Shown: positions 1-10,677 of the stretch, in pieces | Layout: each line of letters opens with the position of its first letter | Position numbering within the stretch: the stretch's first letter is position 1 | NCBI GenBank assembly: GCA_001642005.1 | Contig: LWCA01000202.1 | Coordinates: 1 to 40,555 of the forward strand | Source: Intoshia linei | Lineage: Eukaryota > Animalia > Orthonectida | Direction of reading: 5' to 3' | DNA length: 40,555 bases | The notes under the pieces: generated by a model | What the model saw: the letters and a program-made list of their open reading frames with translations, nothing else | The model's database searches: none | What the model was told of the DNA's origin: nothing | Program-made: the position numbers and the translations under genes

Positions 1-604
1 GGTATGATGTGATGAGATAAAAGTGTAAATGACCAATGAAAGTAGTGGAAAAAATTAAAAATACAGAACAAACTGTTTTTGAAATTGCCGATTTTGGCTT
101 ATTGACATGTTTCACTATTTATTTAGATAATATAATGTTAATTTTTTAGAAATGAAATTGTAGTTTTATTTTTAAAAGTTTTTACTTTTACTTTTTTTTA
201 ATTGATTAATTTTGATTGTGAATGAAATTATACAAATTGATATGAAAAAATAAATTTTAGCCTAACTAACACAGAAATAAATTAGAAAATGTATAGATTT
301 TGTAAAAATTTAAACAATTTCAGATGTAATTTTTAAAATATTAGGCTTATATAATAAATCGTATTTATTTGAACTATTAAAGCCATAAGAGCAAACAATG
401 TTATAACAATAAAATTCTAGTAATTTAGTTACATTGCTTACTCTCATGATTTTAAAAAGTTTAACATAAAAAGAAAATTATAGATTTTAAAATTTTGTCA
501 AATACAATTTAGATTAGATTTAAAAATTTAATAGTTTATTTAAATTGACAGGATATTGCTTCACTGAAATATAAAAATACATAATTATTGCGAGAAAGAA
601 AGTA

Positions 605-1866
605 TTAGGTCGTTTTTATTGTAACTTTATTATAAATTATATTTTTACGAATATTTACTGTAAGTGCGTTATTTTTTTATTTTTACGAAATATGACAAAT
701 GTGTATTCGATGAAAGAGTAATTTTCGATGACAAACATATTTTTAATTAGTAATTAGAGAGACAAGTTGGATGATTATATGGTCATGTCAGATATATTTT
801 ATTTTATGAGTTTTATATACTGTATTGGAAACTAATGAAAATATATGTTATTTTATGGCAAAGATGTTATCAACATACGAAAAACTCAAAGATGGTGCTT
901 AAAGTTTAGACAAAACAATTATAACCTAGAAAATGTTCAACGTTTCGGTAGACCTAGTCTAGTAGATGAAGACAAAATTAAAGAGTAATTGATAAAATTT
1001 TTAATTTAAACATGTACGTCATTATTAAATGTTGCTGGTTGTTCAAGAACAAGTTTACATCGAGCTCTTAAAATGATGAATAAATCGAATAAATGATGTA
1101 TTTGGGTTCCTCATTTATTGACTAGTCAACACAAATTAAATCGTTTAAATACTTGCAAATCACTACTTAAAAGGCTTAAAAATGAATCATTTTTAGAACA
1201 AATTATCACAGGAGATGAAAAATGGGTATTATGGGATAACACAAAATTGAAAAAACAATGGCTTTCACCAAATAAATCCCCATTATGTACCTCAAAACCC
1301 AATTTATACTGTAAAAAGATTATGCTATGGCATATGGTGGGATATGGAGGGTGTGGTATATTATGAAGTTCTAAAAAACGAAGAAACCATTAATTCTGAT
1401 AAATACTGTGAACAATTAGAAAAATTAAATCACAATATTTACTTGAAAAGACTACTAAACTTTCGTAAAGGCAATATTATTCTACAACAAGACAATGCTA
1501 GACCTCATACTTTTAAAAAAACTTCTCAGCTTATAAAGGAGTTAAAATTTGAAGTATTACCACATCTACCGTATTCACCAGACAGCATCTGAGCACCATC
1601 TGATTATTACCTATTTAAAGCTATGAGTAACCATTATTATTGTAAAAAATACACTTCAAATGAAGGGTTAAAATTGGACATAGAAAAGTTTTTGTCCAAT
1701 AAAAAAGCGAGTTTATATGCTAATGGTATAAATAGACTACCAGAACGTTGGAAAAAGACTGTGGAAAGCAATGGTGAATATTTTATAATATAACTTTTTT
1801 TAATGTAATCATAAATAAACTTTTTAATTTTGTTAAAAAAACGACAATACTTATGAAACGACCTAA
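605..1866 (+). mobile_element. Full-length degenerate mariner (Tc1/mariner, DD34D-type) transposon
   Basis: TA at 603-604 and 1867-1868 flanks the termini TTAGGTCGTTT...AAACGACCTAA; length 1262 bp. Internal transposase motifs WVPHLL, ITGDEKW, QQDNARPH and YSPD..APSDYYLF are broken by stops and frameshifts. Confidence 0.93.
770..1790 (+). pseudogene. Mariner transposase pseudogene (approximate limits)
   Basis: Fragments in several frames: HVRYILFYEF near the N-terminus, ORFs 1118-1366 and 1344-1592, and C-terminal GINRLPERWKKTVESNGEYF. Confidence 0.9.
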
Positions 1867-2090
1867 TATGTTTCATCTAACACTTTGTAAAGTGAATTAA
1901 CCGAACGAGGAAATCTTTACTTATATAATATGCTATGCAATATTTGTTTGTGTGTGTGTTTTACTGTTTATTTCAATATCTAATTGTCTTAGAATTTTAT
2001 AAAGTCCACATTTCAATTACAATTTTTTCTGGGAATGTTAGCAAAATAAATTTTAACCTTTTAAACTCACATCTTACGGATCAAAAAATT

Positions 2091-2602
2091 CAATTGTTTT
2101 TTTTTTTAAAATCAAACGAGTTCGAGAATTTAAAAAAATATATAATCTGATACAAATTTTAAAATCATAAATATTAATCAACTGTCACACATCATAACAT
2201 AACATGTTTAATCATAACAATAATCAACTAGAATAAGTTTTATCAGAATAATTTTTTTTTTTAATTTTCAAACCCAAATTATTTTACATTTTTTGTTTTA
2301 ATAAAATATTTCGAAAAAAAATATATAAATACTAAAATGTTTTTTTGACGGTTAAGTCGTCACTTATTCGGATTGAAATTTTATGTGTGTGTTAACAGGA
2401 TACAACTGTACAACCTGTAATTTTTTTAAAATTCTAGGGCTGTTTTCATTAGAAAAAGCAGGGTAATTTGTGGTTTTGGTCCTGAAGATATAATTTTTTT
2501 AAATTTAAATTTATGGTAATGTTTATGATTTTAAAATGCGTATCATCGTATATATTTTTTGAATTCTTCAACTCGTTTGATTTTCAAAAAGAGGGACAAC
2601 TG
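2091..2602. mobile_element. Fold-back MITE with long imperfect terminal inverted repeats
   Basis: About 2091-2175 (caattg...aaaatcaaacgagttcgagaatt...aaaatcataa) is an imperfect reverse complement of about 2520-2602 (ttatgattttaaaa...ctcgtttgattttc...caactg). Internal 2430-2540 recurs at about 15400-15480 (reverse) and about 37314-37420. Confidence 0.7.
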
Positions 2603-2835
2603 GGGTATTATTTGAATTTATAAAATATAAAGAAACCATTAATTCTGATAAATACTGTGAACAATTAAAAAAATTAAATCACAATATTTACCTAAAAAGA
2701 CACTAAAGTTTCTTAAAGGCAATATTATCATACATTAAGACAATGTTGAACTCTTAGTTTCTAAAGTAGTTAAAATTTGGAGTATTAACACATCTACCGT
2801 ATTTACCAGACTTAGTCTAAGCACCATGTGATTAC
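2603..2835 (+). pseudogene. Second, truncated copy of the mariner transposase core
   Basis: Colinear with about 1350-1610 (shared aagaaaccattaattctgataaatactgtgaacaatta; cacatctaccgtatt..ccagac), with an internal deletion. Confidence 0.88.
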
Positions 2836-3314
2836 AAAGTTGTGCACTGATATAAACACTATTGTGCATCTATATAAATACTATATGGTGAGTATAAACC
2901 CTCGATGATTTCAAATCAGTTGAATAAATGCCGCATATATTGTGGATAATAAATACATTTAAAATAAAGAAATATGGTTTAAATTTCAAAATTAATTCCT
3001 TTATTTATTAGTTACGTTTTAATTATTGTTGATCGAGCAATTAAATGGTAAACAGTCCGCCCTAGGTAAAGCTAGATACTATTTGATCGAAGTACATAAT
3101 CTGTTCAGTTCAGTATATAATAATTTAAAATGATTGTTCTCAATAAATAAATACTGCAGAATTTATTTTATTCTATTTTTCATAACAACACAAAGCCTAA
3201 TTTCCAATAGAAAATTTGATTGAAACCTTATTTCTATTATTATCATTGAATAGTTTCAAAATTTTATTTATTAAATTTATCAATTTTCTCTTGAATAACA
3301 AATTTCGTAATTTA

Positions 3315-6300
3315 ATGACCTTGAAGAAAAAAACAATCGATAATGTCAACCTAAAAGGCAAAAATTTAGTAATACGGTAAAAAATTTGTAATTGTAATAT
3401 TATTTTTAAAGTGTTGATTTCAATGTCCCTCTAAAAGTGGGTGAATCATCAGAATTAATGGTAGCAAATGATTTTCGGTAATTCTAATCTAGAAATTTTT
3501 ATTAAAACTGTTTATTTTAATACAGTATTAAATCTGCTATTCCGACAATAAATTATTGCATTAACCACGAAGCAAATAGAATTGTATTACTTTCACATTT
3601 AGGAAGACCAGATGGAAATATCATATTAAAATATTCAATGAAACCAGTATTTGAGCAACTGAAAACCTTACTGGACGTGTAATATGTCGCTATTTTATTT
3701 AATTTGGTTTGTGAATTTATTTATGTTTAGAAAATGTAAATTTATTCATGAACCACATTTTGAAAAAGGAGCTGAACTGGTGAAAAATCTTTCGGGAGTT
3801 AAAGTTGTATTGATGGAAAATTTACGGTTCAATATTGGAGAAGAAGGATCTCGAGTTGAAAATATAGACAACAAAAAAACTAAAATCAAAGCTACATTTG
3901 ACGAAAAGGAAAAATATGAACGTGCAATCAAATCTCTGGGAGACGTTTACGTCAATGATGCGTTTGGAACTGTACATAGAGCACATGGTTCAATGAAGGG
4001 AACGTATTTCAATATTAAATGCGCTGGCTTTCTGTTGTCCAAAGAACTGGAATACTTTGGTAAGGTTTTGGAAAATCCTCAAAAACCTCTTGTTGCAATA
4101 TTAGGCGGGTAATTTTAACGTCTGCATTTATTTAACTATCTAGAAATCAACAGAGAATCGACAATTTAAAAAATAATTTTATCTTAAAATTAATAGATAA
4201 TCATATAATATCATAAGATAAATTATATTTTCAAATTTTAAAGTGTTTATTTCAGAACCAAAGTCATTCTTGTGTTTATTAAAAAATTTACCGAAACAAC
4301 CGGTTTTTTTGCCAGTACCTTTCGATTTCATGGATTCTGCCAAATTCTAGGAAGATATAACGATGTTAATCAAATAGTTATAAAAATTGACCCCTATATT
4401 TGAATTTGAAAAAACTACTTTATCTAGTAAATGATGAAAATGTGCATATGACCTACATGATTTATTTATATTGTTTTAAAATTATTATATTTACCATTTT
4501 AATAGAGCTAAAGTGAAGGATAAAATTCAACTAATTGAAAATATGATTTCATTAGTCGACAATCTCATAATTTGTGGCGGGATGGTATTTACCTTTTTAA
4601 AGACTTTGCATGGGATGAAGGTAAATATTAATATATCAAGAATTTACTTAAATTTAATTATTAAGAAATTAATACAAAAAATATTGGATTTAGTTGGGTA
4701 GATTGTGAATTGTTAATCACCTCATAAAATCATATTTTGATATTTCCTGATTTTATTTTCATTTCAGTATTCTTATTTTTTTTTAATTTAAAATCTGTAA
4801 AAGTTTTACATTTTAAGAATTGTATCAATGGAGTGATTAGTAATTGATATTTTCTTAAAACTTTTATTTAATTTTTCCGTTTCTCTGCATTCTTCATTGT
4901 GTTGCTCAATTGTGCTTTGAAGCCATTTATCCATGTAACTTTTCTTATTTTGGATGGTTTCTAAATCGTTAGTATCATTTTCAAACATGTTTCTATTTTT
5001 TGATTCCAACAGGTTTTTGGTTATGAACAATTGATAATTGTTTAAATCAATGACTTTGATTTCGTTACTTTGTGATTTATCCGTGAGTTGCATCTTTAAA
5101 TTCTTGTATTCGTCATATAACGATATCAATATATTATGTTCCGAATTAATGTTATTATTCTGGTTCATCCTGATATTGAGTTTTTTAATTAAATTTAGTG
5201 TTGTACGCTTAAATATTTTGAGACTATGATTTCCACATGTTGAATATTTTTATTAATGATGCATGACTAGAACGTGATACGTGACATAATTGTTGAAACA
5301 GAACTATCCAATAGATGTAAAATTACTGTCGGAATTTATACAATGAAATTACATATTATTGGTTACTTATATTAATTTACCGATATAAACAACAATTAAA
5401 ATTGACGAATTGAATATTTTAAAAATTAAGCCAATTATTATCAACTATATAACCGTTATAAATATAAATTGACATTGTATTTCTGTAATTTTTATATTTG
5501 GAGTAATCAGTATTTATTTTTATTATTATTTATTAATTTATATTTATTTAGATAGGTTCATCTCTCTATGACGAAGAAGGTTCAAAAGTTATCACAAGAA
5601 TTATGGACGCAGCAAAAAAACAATCAGTAAATATAATTTTATAAAAGTTATCAAAAATTTTCACTAACTTAATCTTGAAATAATATTGAAACCAATATAT
5701 TTTTAAATTTAATTAGGTGAATGTTTATTTTCCAGTCGATTTTGTTATTGGTAATGAAATTAAAGATTCTGCAAAAATTAGCACTGTTACTGACAAAGAA
5801 GGCGTACCGGATGGTTTTATGGTATTTTATTATTGGAATCAACATTTTAATTTTATTTTAGGGACTAGACATTGGACCAAAATCGGTTGAAAATTTTTCT
5901 AAAATTATTTTATTATCAAAAACAATTGTATGGAATGGGTTTATTATAAAATAAATTAAACTCATCACAATTTTGTAGCCCGGCTGGAGTATTTGAAGTT
6001 GATTCATTTGCAAAGGGAACAAAGGATATTTTGGATATTGTAGTTCAAGCTACAAAGGCTGGAAGTGTCTCCGTCATTGGTATGTTTATTTTTAAGTCAA
6101 CATTTACTATATGTTTTGATAGCCTATACCCGTTGTAGGATTTGTGTTTAAACTATTATACAACTCAGAATTTCAGGTGGTTGGGATTTAATAAAATGTA
6201 ATAACAGTACATTGTTATTATTTTTTCGTATCTTGAGACAACTTTTACAATCTTTATTTTACGTTGCCAACAAACTGATCCAAATTTTGAAACCGCCGAA

Positions 6301-6936
6301 TTTATTTTTTTTGACTGCCAATATTTTTCTAAAGTTCTTAATTCATTTACTCTTTGACGAAATTAAAAGTGTTAAATTGTGGCTTCATTCTTCCAATTAA
6401 TTTAACTTTTACGAGACTATTCATTTTTACTAAAATTTACATAAACAAAGTTTTTGCTAACATTTTTTACTATTGAATAATTAATTTTACTATCAACGTT
6501 TTTTGGATCAGTGGTTAAGATTCTTCAACTAAAAAGTAAACACTTATTTGTCAAAAAGTCAACATAAGCGATTTTAATGGTCAAATTAATTTATGGAAAA
6601 TGTCTATTGGACATAGAATCTTTTTTTTGTAATGATTATGATTTACACTTTACATTTGATTGGACCAGTAGCTCTTCGGGGTGTTAATGATTAAATATAT
6701 ATAATAATGATTTTAGGAGGTGGAGATACAGCTACATGTTGTGAAAAGTGGAATAAAAGTCATTTAATATCGGTAAATTATGAATCAATTAAATTAAGTA
6801 CATTTAGCATGTAAGCACGGGTGGTGGTTCTAGTTTGGAACTTATGCAAGGTTAATTTCACCTAAAATAAATGATTAAATTGTTATTCTTATTAGGTTTG
6901 AAACTTCCAGGAGTAGAAAATTTAGACGATGCATAA
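3315..6936 (+). CDS. PGK: Phosphoglycerate kinase, 12 exons (3315-3376, 3412-3477, 3526-3678, 3731-4108, 4506-4620, 5552-5626, 5717-5821, 5862-5938, 5979-6079, 6717-6772, 6808-6850, 6896-6936)
   Basis: Spliced translation gives [68 protein letters not shown] and [12 protein letters not shown]. All introns are GT-AG with consistent phases. Confidence 0.97.
4806..5168 (-). CDS. Uncharacterised 120-aa hydrophilic, coiled-coil-like ORF nested antisense in PGK intron 5
   Basis: The frame is open for about 147 codons (to 5249) in very AT-rich DNA, inside the 931-nt intron 4621-5551. No recognisable domain. Confidence 0.4.
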   Translation of the reverse strand: MNQNNNINSEHNILISLYDEYKNLKMQLTDKSQSNEIKVIDLNNYQLFITKNLLESKNRNMFENDTNDLETIQNKKSYMDKWLQSTIEQHNEECRETEKLNKSFKKISITNHSIDTILKM

Positions 6937-6955
6937 ACAACTGACATATTTAAAC

Positions 6956-6969
6956 GTTTATTAATAAAC
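6956..6969. terminator. Palindromic bidirectional polyadenylation signal between the PGK and RPS11 stops
   Basis: GTTTATTAATAAAC is a perfect palindrome giving AATAAA on both strands (- at 6957-6962, + at 6963-6968) in the 34-bp gap between the convergent stop codons. Confidence 0.7.
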
Positions 6970-6970
6970 A

Positions 6971-7972
6971 TTAAAACATTGAAAATTGTTTTTGAATATC
7001 CTTCTTTTTCTTATTCACTCTTACAACATTGAATCGAACAGTCTTGCTCAAAGGTCTACATTCTGCTACTGTCACAGTATCACCGACTTTGACATCTCTA
7101 AAAAAGAGTTTACTTATGAAAATAAAAACAAGATGCATACCTAAAACAAGGACTCATATGAACAGACATATTTTTATGTCGTTTCTCAAATCTGTTGTAT
7201 TTCTTTACAAAATGTAGATAATCACGTCGAATAACGATAGTTCGAATCATTTTCATTTTTATTACAGTTCCTGTCAATATTCTACCTCTAATACTTACAT
7301 TACCGGTGAATGGACATTTTTTATCAATATAAGATCCTTCAATTGCCTAAAAATAGAATTAAAAAATATAGTTCAATTAAATATTCAATATTAATAAAAT
7401 TCAACATACATAGGTAATAAATAATCTAAATGATATTCATTATCAGATTTCCAAAAAAATACAATAATAAACAGGACCACCAAAGTGGTCCAAAATTTTT
7501 TATTTATTGAAGAATTTTATTGAATATTATCTATGAGTTTTAAATAAAGCCGAAAAAAGAAACAGAAAGTATTCATTTTTAAAAATATATAAATATTACT
7601 GATTTTGGTGTAACAAAGCCCAATCCGACATTTTTGTAATAACGTGAACTATCTTTTTTGGATTTTTTGATATTACTCACAATAGAAGGTTTAGTATTTT
7701 GAAAAATGCATGGTTGTTTTTGATATGCTCTTTCGTTCTAAAATATGAAATTAATGATAACGTTGGAAATTTAAACAATCTAAAAATTTAAATAAATTTT
7801 TTCCAGTAAAACTAAAATCATTGAAATAGTAAACAATTATACATATTCGTTATTTTCGTAGATCTAAAACGGCTCATATTATAACGACCATTTGATAATG
7901 ACCTTCTCAAAATAAAAACATTTATCTATTTCGTATTGATACACTAATGATAAAATATACCTGTTCAGACAT
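6971..7972 (-). CDS. RPS11: 40S ribosomal protein S11 (uS17), 4 exons (7961-7972, 7600-7737, 7141-7346, 6971-7097)
   Basis: Spliced: MSEQ|NERAYQKQP...[15 protein letters not shown]|[24 protein letters not shown]...[20 protein letters not shown]|[25 protein letters not shown]...KQFSMF*. Confidence 0.97.
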
Positions 7973-8157
7973 TGTCACGTGAAGCGATAATTTATTGTAT
8001 CTAAGTTTCTAATAAAAACTTTATTTATATTAAATTTAAATGCATTAGAAAATAAACTAAATTTGTAATCCGTATACATAGATATGGATACACATATAAA
8101 TTCAATTTTATTTTACAATTTTATTTTTGAAAAGATTACCTATGAATCAATTGTAAA

Positions 8158-9498
8158 ATGATTGTTGATATAAAAGATAGAAAAATAATTTCAGAAATTA
8201 ATTACAAAACTGAACATGTTACGAATGAATGGAATTTGTTGACTCAAAACTTTGTTGCCGGCTTAATTAAAGACATTGGATTTCAAATGACTTCAGATGA
8301 GTGTATCGATGCGATGGTTTATGTAATTTTGAAATATTTACAAAACATTGCTTTCAAAGCTCAAAAATATGCTGAACATGCTTCAAGGTGTAAAATTTCT
8401 CTTACGGATATTGAAATTGTCATGGTGGATTTAGGTAAATGGATTGTCAAACTTTTTTATATTTATTTAGGAATATCCTTTGAATCTTTACTTCATTTTC
8501 GAAGACGTCACATTAAATGTTCACCTCGTAAATTGTTTACTGTATACTTTTTATCGTATATTTTAGCCACTTTTGTTCCTATTCCTGTTAAACCAAAAAG
8601 ATTTCATTTCGGTATTAGAATGCCAACAACCCAAAACATTGAAAATTTTCTGCCTGAATTTCCACCTCTTCATACATACCAAGAAACCAAAATATCGGAA
8701 CAAGACATTGATTTTTCACTCATCGAACGCAAAAACATGTCATGTTTTTACAATAACAAGATTAAACAGTCCATAGCCAAATATGCAATTCAGAAATGCG
8801 GATCAATTGATCTTTTCCCAAATACTTTGGATTATAAAGGTAAAATATCATATTTATTCTAACGTACATATCTTACATTGGACTGTAATGTGTTGTAAAA
8901 ATAATTAACTAGATACATTACGTCCAGTGTTTTTCAATCGGAAATTTTATGTGTACTCACCGTAAAATTTTAAATCGAGCTATATAGTATATACCATTTC
9001 ACGTCAGTTAATGAGATTTTTTTGTTTTTTGTACAGAAACTTTTATTTTTAAATTTGCATTTTTTTCTTTGCAAAATTTTATACTATAGTAAAGATTTTT
9101 AGTAATCACCCCATATGTAATTTTTACAATCTTGTTATTTGCTTGTACGCCATATTTTTTGAATTTTTTTTAAGGGCGTCCCCATAGAAAAAGGTTGAGA
9201 AACATTGATTTACTATTTTTAATTTATTCTGGTATGTCAATAAATGAGGAAACTACATTTTTATTGTGGTTATGCCTATTGTTATTACCTTAATATCTTC
9301 GGTTACTATTAATTGTGTATCTATATATTATAATTTTTTCAACGTATTGTATTTTGTAAATTAAAATTCATCATTAATTTAGTGGCAATACCATTGAAAT
9401 CGACAAAACCATACAATTGCTTATTTGGTGGTCTATTTGAATACAAAAAATTTATTTCAGATGATACACATAAAATCAACAATGAAAATTCTAACTAA
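8158..9498 (+). CDS. TAF8: TFIID subunit 8 (histone fold plus TAF8 C-terminal motif), exons 8158-8434, 8471-8527, 8567-8839, 9383-9498
   Basis: Bromodomain-associated histone fold (IGFQ...YAEHASR...SLTDI...DLGI) followed by FLPEFPPLHTYQET, the TAF8 signature. The last exon is less certain. Confidence 0.85.
8925..9207. mobile_element. hAT (Charlie-like) MITE relic in TAF8 intron 3
   Basis: Termini cagtgtttttcaa ... ttgagaaacattg form an imperfect TIR. The TSD is not clean. Confidence 0.55.
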
Positions 9499-9765
9499 TA
9501 CTAAAGTGTAAATAAATGTATAATTTGTATTTGATTTGTGTATTCGATGGGGTAGTAAATCTTTATGCAGTCTTTGACAAAATACAAACATGTGCTTGTA
9601 AATACAAGTTACAGTGTAATTGTAGTATAATCCTTTATTATATGCAAAATCTATTGAGTATCTGCTTTCGATAAATAAAAAATATAGTATTCTGCTTATT
9701 TAAAAACATTTGTCGGTGATGGTTGAAGTAGAAAATAAAATATAACTTTAAGATATTTCAATTGT

Positions 9766-10677
9766 TTATTTTTTGATTTGTTTACAAAGTTTTTTATAAA
9801 CAGAACTGAAAGAAAACATTAAAAATGTAGTTAATATTAAACTTTCAATTATAAATGTACACCACCATGTAATTTTTTGATATTGTTTATACTTGCTTAT
9901 GTACAAATTATTAGTTGGATTGTAAACAATATTTAGCAGACTAAAGGTTAAAAGAGTAATTTTTAAAAGAATAAATATTAAAGTAAAAACAGCTTTGACA
10001 AATACAATTTTAATAAAAGGTGGAACTATGGTTTTATCTTTAACTGGTAATCGGAAGGAATCCAAAAAAGAAACTTTTTTTATTAATGCATTACTTTTTT
10101 TAGATGTAAATTCTGAAATGTAATGTGGATCAAGTAATTCTATTTTCATTATAACTCTAAGTCGAAAAATGTGGACAATATACATATCTATACCAAATAT
10201 TATGGATCCAAGTATAGATTGGCATATATTGCAGACCGATATTAATATATCATAGTTTTTATTTTGAAATTTATTGTAATGTATGAATAAATCCAAGACT
10301 ATGATGAATAGTACATTGATTGTCACAATACATATCGCCGTCATATTGCTAAATATTTTCTTGATTCTGGATGTTGAAACCAATAATTTAATCAACCCGT
10401 ATTGTAATATTGCGCTGCACGTAATCATGCAAGGACCCACCATACATATTGCTATCCGTCTTAGGAGGTCTACTTCGGCATTCATAAAATTTGAAATTGC
10501 ATATGTCACTCTTAAAACTGACAGTAAAAATATAATAAAATGTATAGCCCCATAGTAAGCTATTGAACGCTTTCCATTTAACCGAACGACTGTAATAATT
10601 ACCAGTATTACTGAAATGGCATTAAAACTATTGATTACCAGTAACATTATATCTATCGGAGTATTTTGGAATTGCAT
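9766..10677 (-). CDS. Intronless seven-transmembrane protein, possibly PRRT3/PRRT4-GPR137/THH1-like
   Basis: 303-aa ORF with seven hydrophobic segments. LRVTY in TM2, PC in TM3 and WW...E in TM7 recall PRRT3/4-type proteins. No class A GPCR DRY or NPxxY motif. Confidence 0.65.
   Translation of the reverse strand: MQFQNTPIDIMLLVINSFNAISVILVIITVVRLNGKRSIAYYGAIHFIIFLLSVLRVTYAISNFMNAEVDLLRRIAICMVGPCMITCSAILQYGLIKLLVSTSRIKKIFSNMTAICIVTINVLFIIVLDLFIHYNKFQNKNYDILISVCNICQSILGSIIFGIDMYIVHIFRLRVIMKIELLDPHYISEFTSKKSNALIKKVSFLDSFRLPVKDKTIVPPFIKIVFVKAVFTLIFILLKITLLTFSLLNIVYNPTNNLYISKYKQYQKITWWCTFIIESLILTTFLMFSFSSVYKKLCKQIKK

Noticed and set aside
8-60. GTGATGA C-box-like motif, also at about 29955
   Set aside because: No CTGA D box or terminal stem at a suitable distance.
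2839-2905. Two to three degenerate 22-bp tandem units
   Set aside because: No spacers, too few copies and a eukaryotic context. Not CRISPR-like; an ordinary minisatellite.
5250-5264. In-frame ATG-CAT-CAT-TAA-TAA upstream of the nested ORF, suggesting stop reassignment
   Set aside because: Conserved genes here terminate normally at TAA, TAG and TGA, so the standard code applies.
6120-6690. Coding-like minus-strand text in the 637-nt PGK intron 9
   Set aside because: The longest open frame I found is about 65 codons without an upstream ATG or recognisable motif, so neither a gene nor an element can be supported.
10283-10555. 90-aa plus-strand ORF, and similar ORFs at 3746, 5038, 7029, 8573, 12436, 12976, 22612 and 32880
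   Set aside because: Shadow frames overlapping better-supported coding regions, with no independent motifs.
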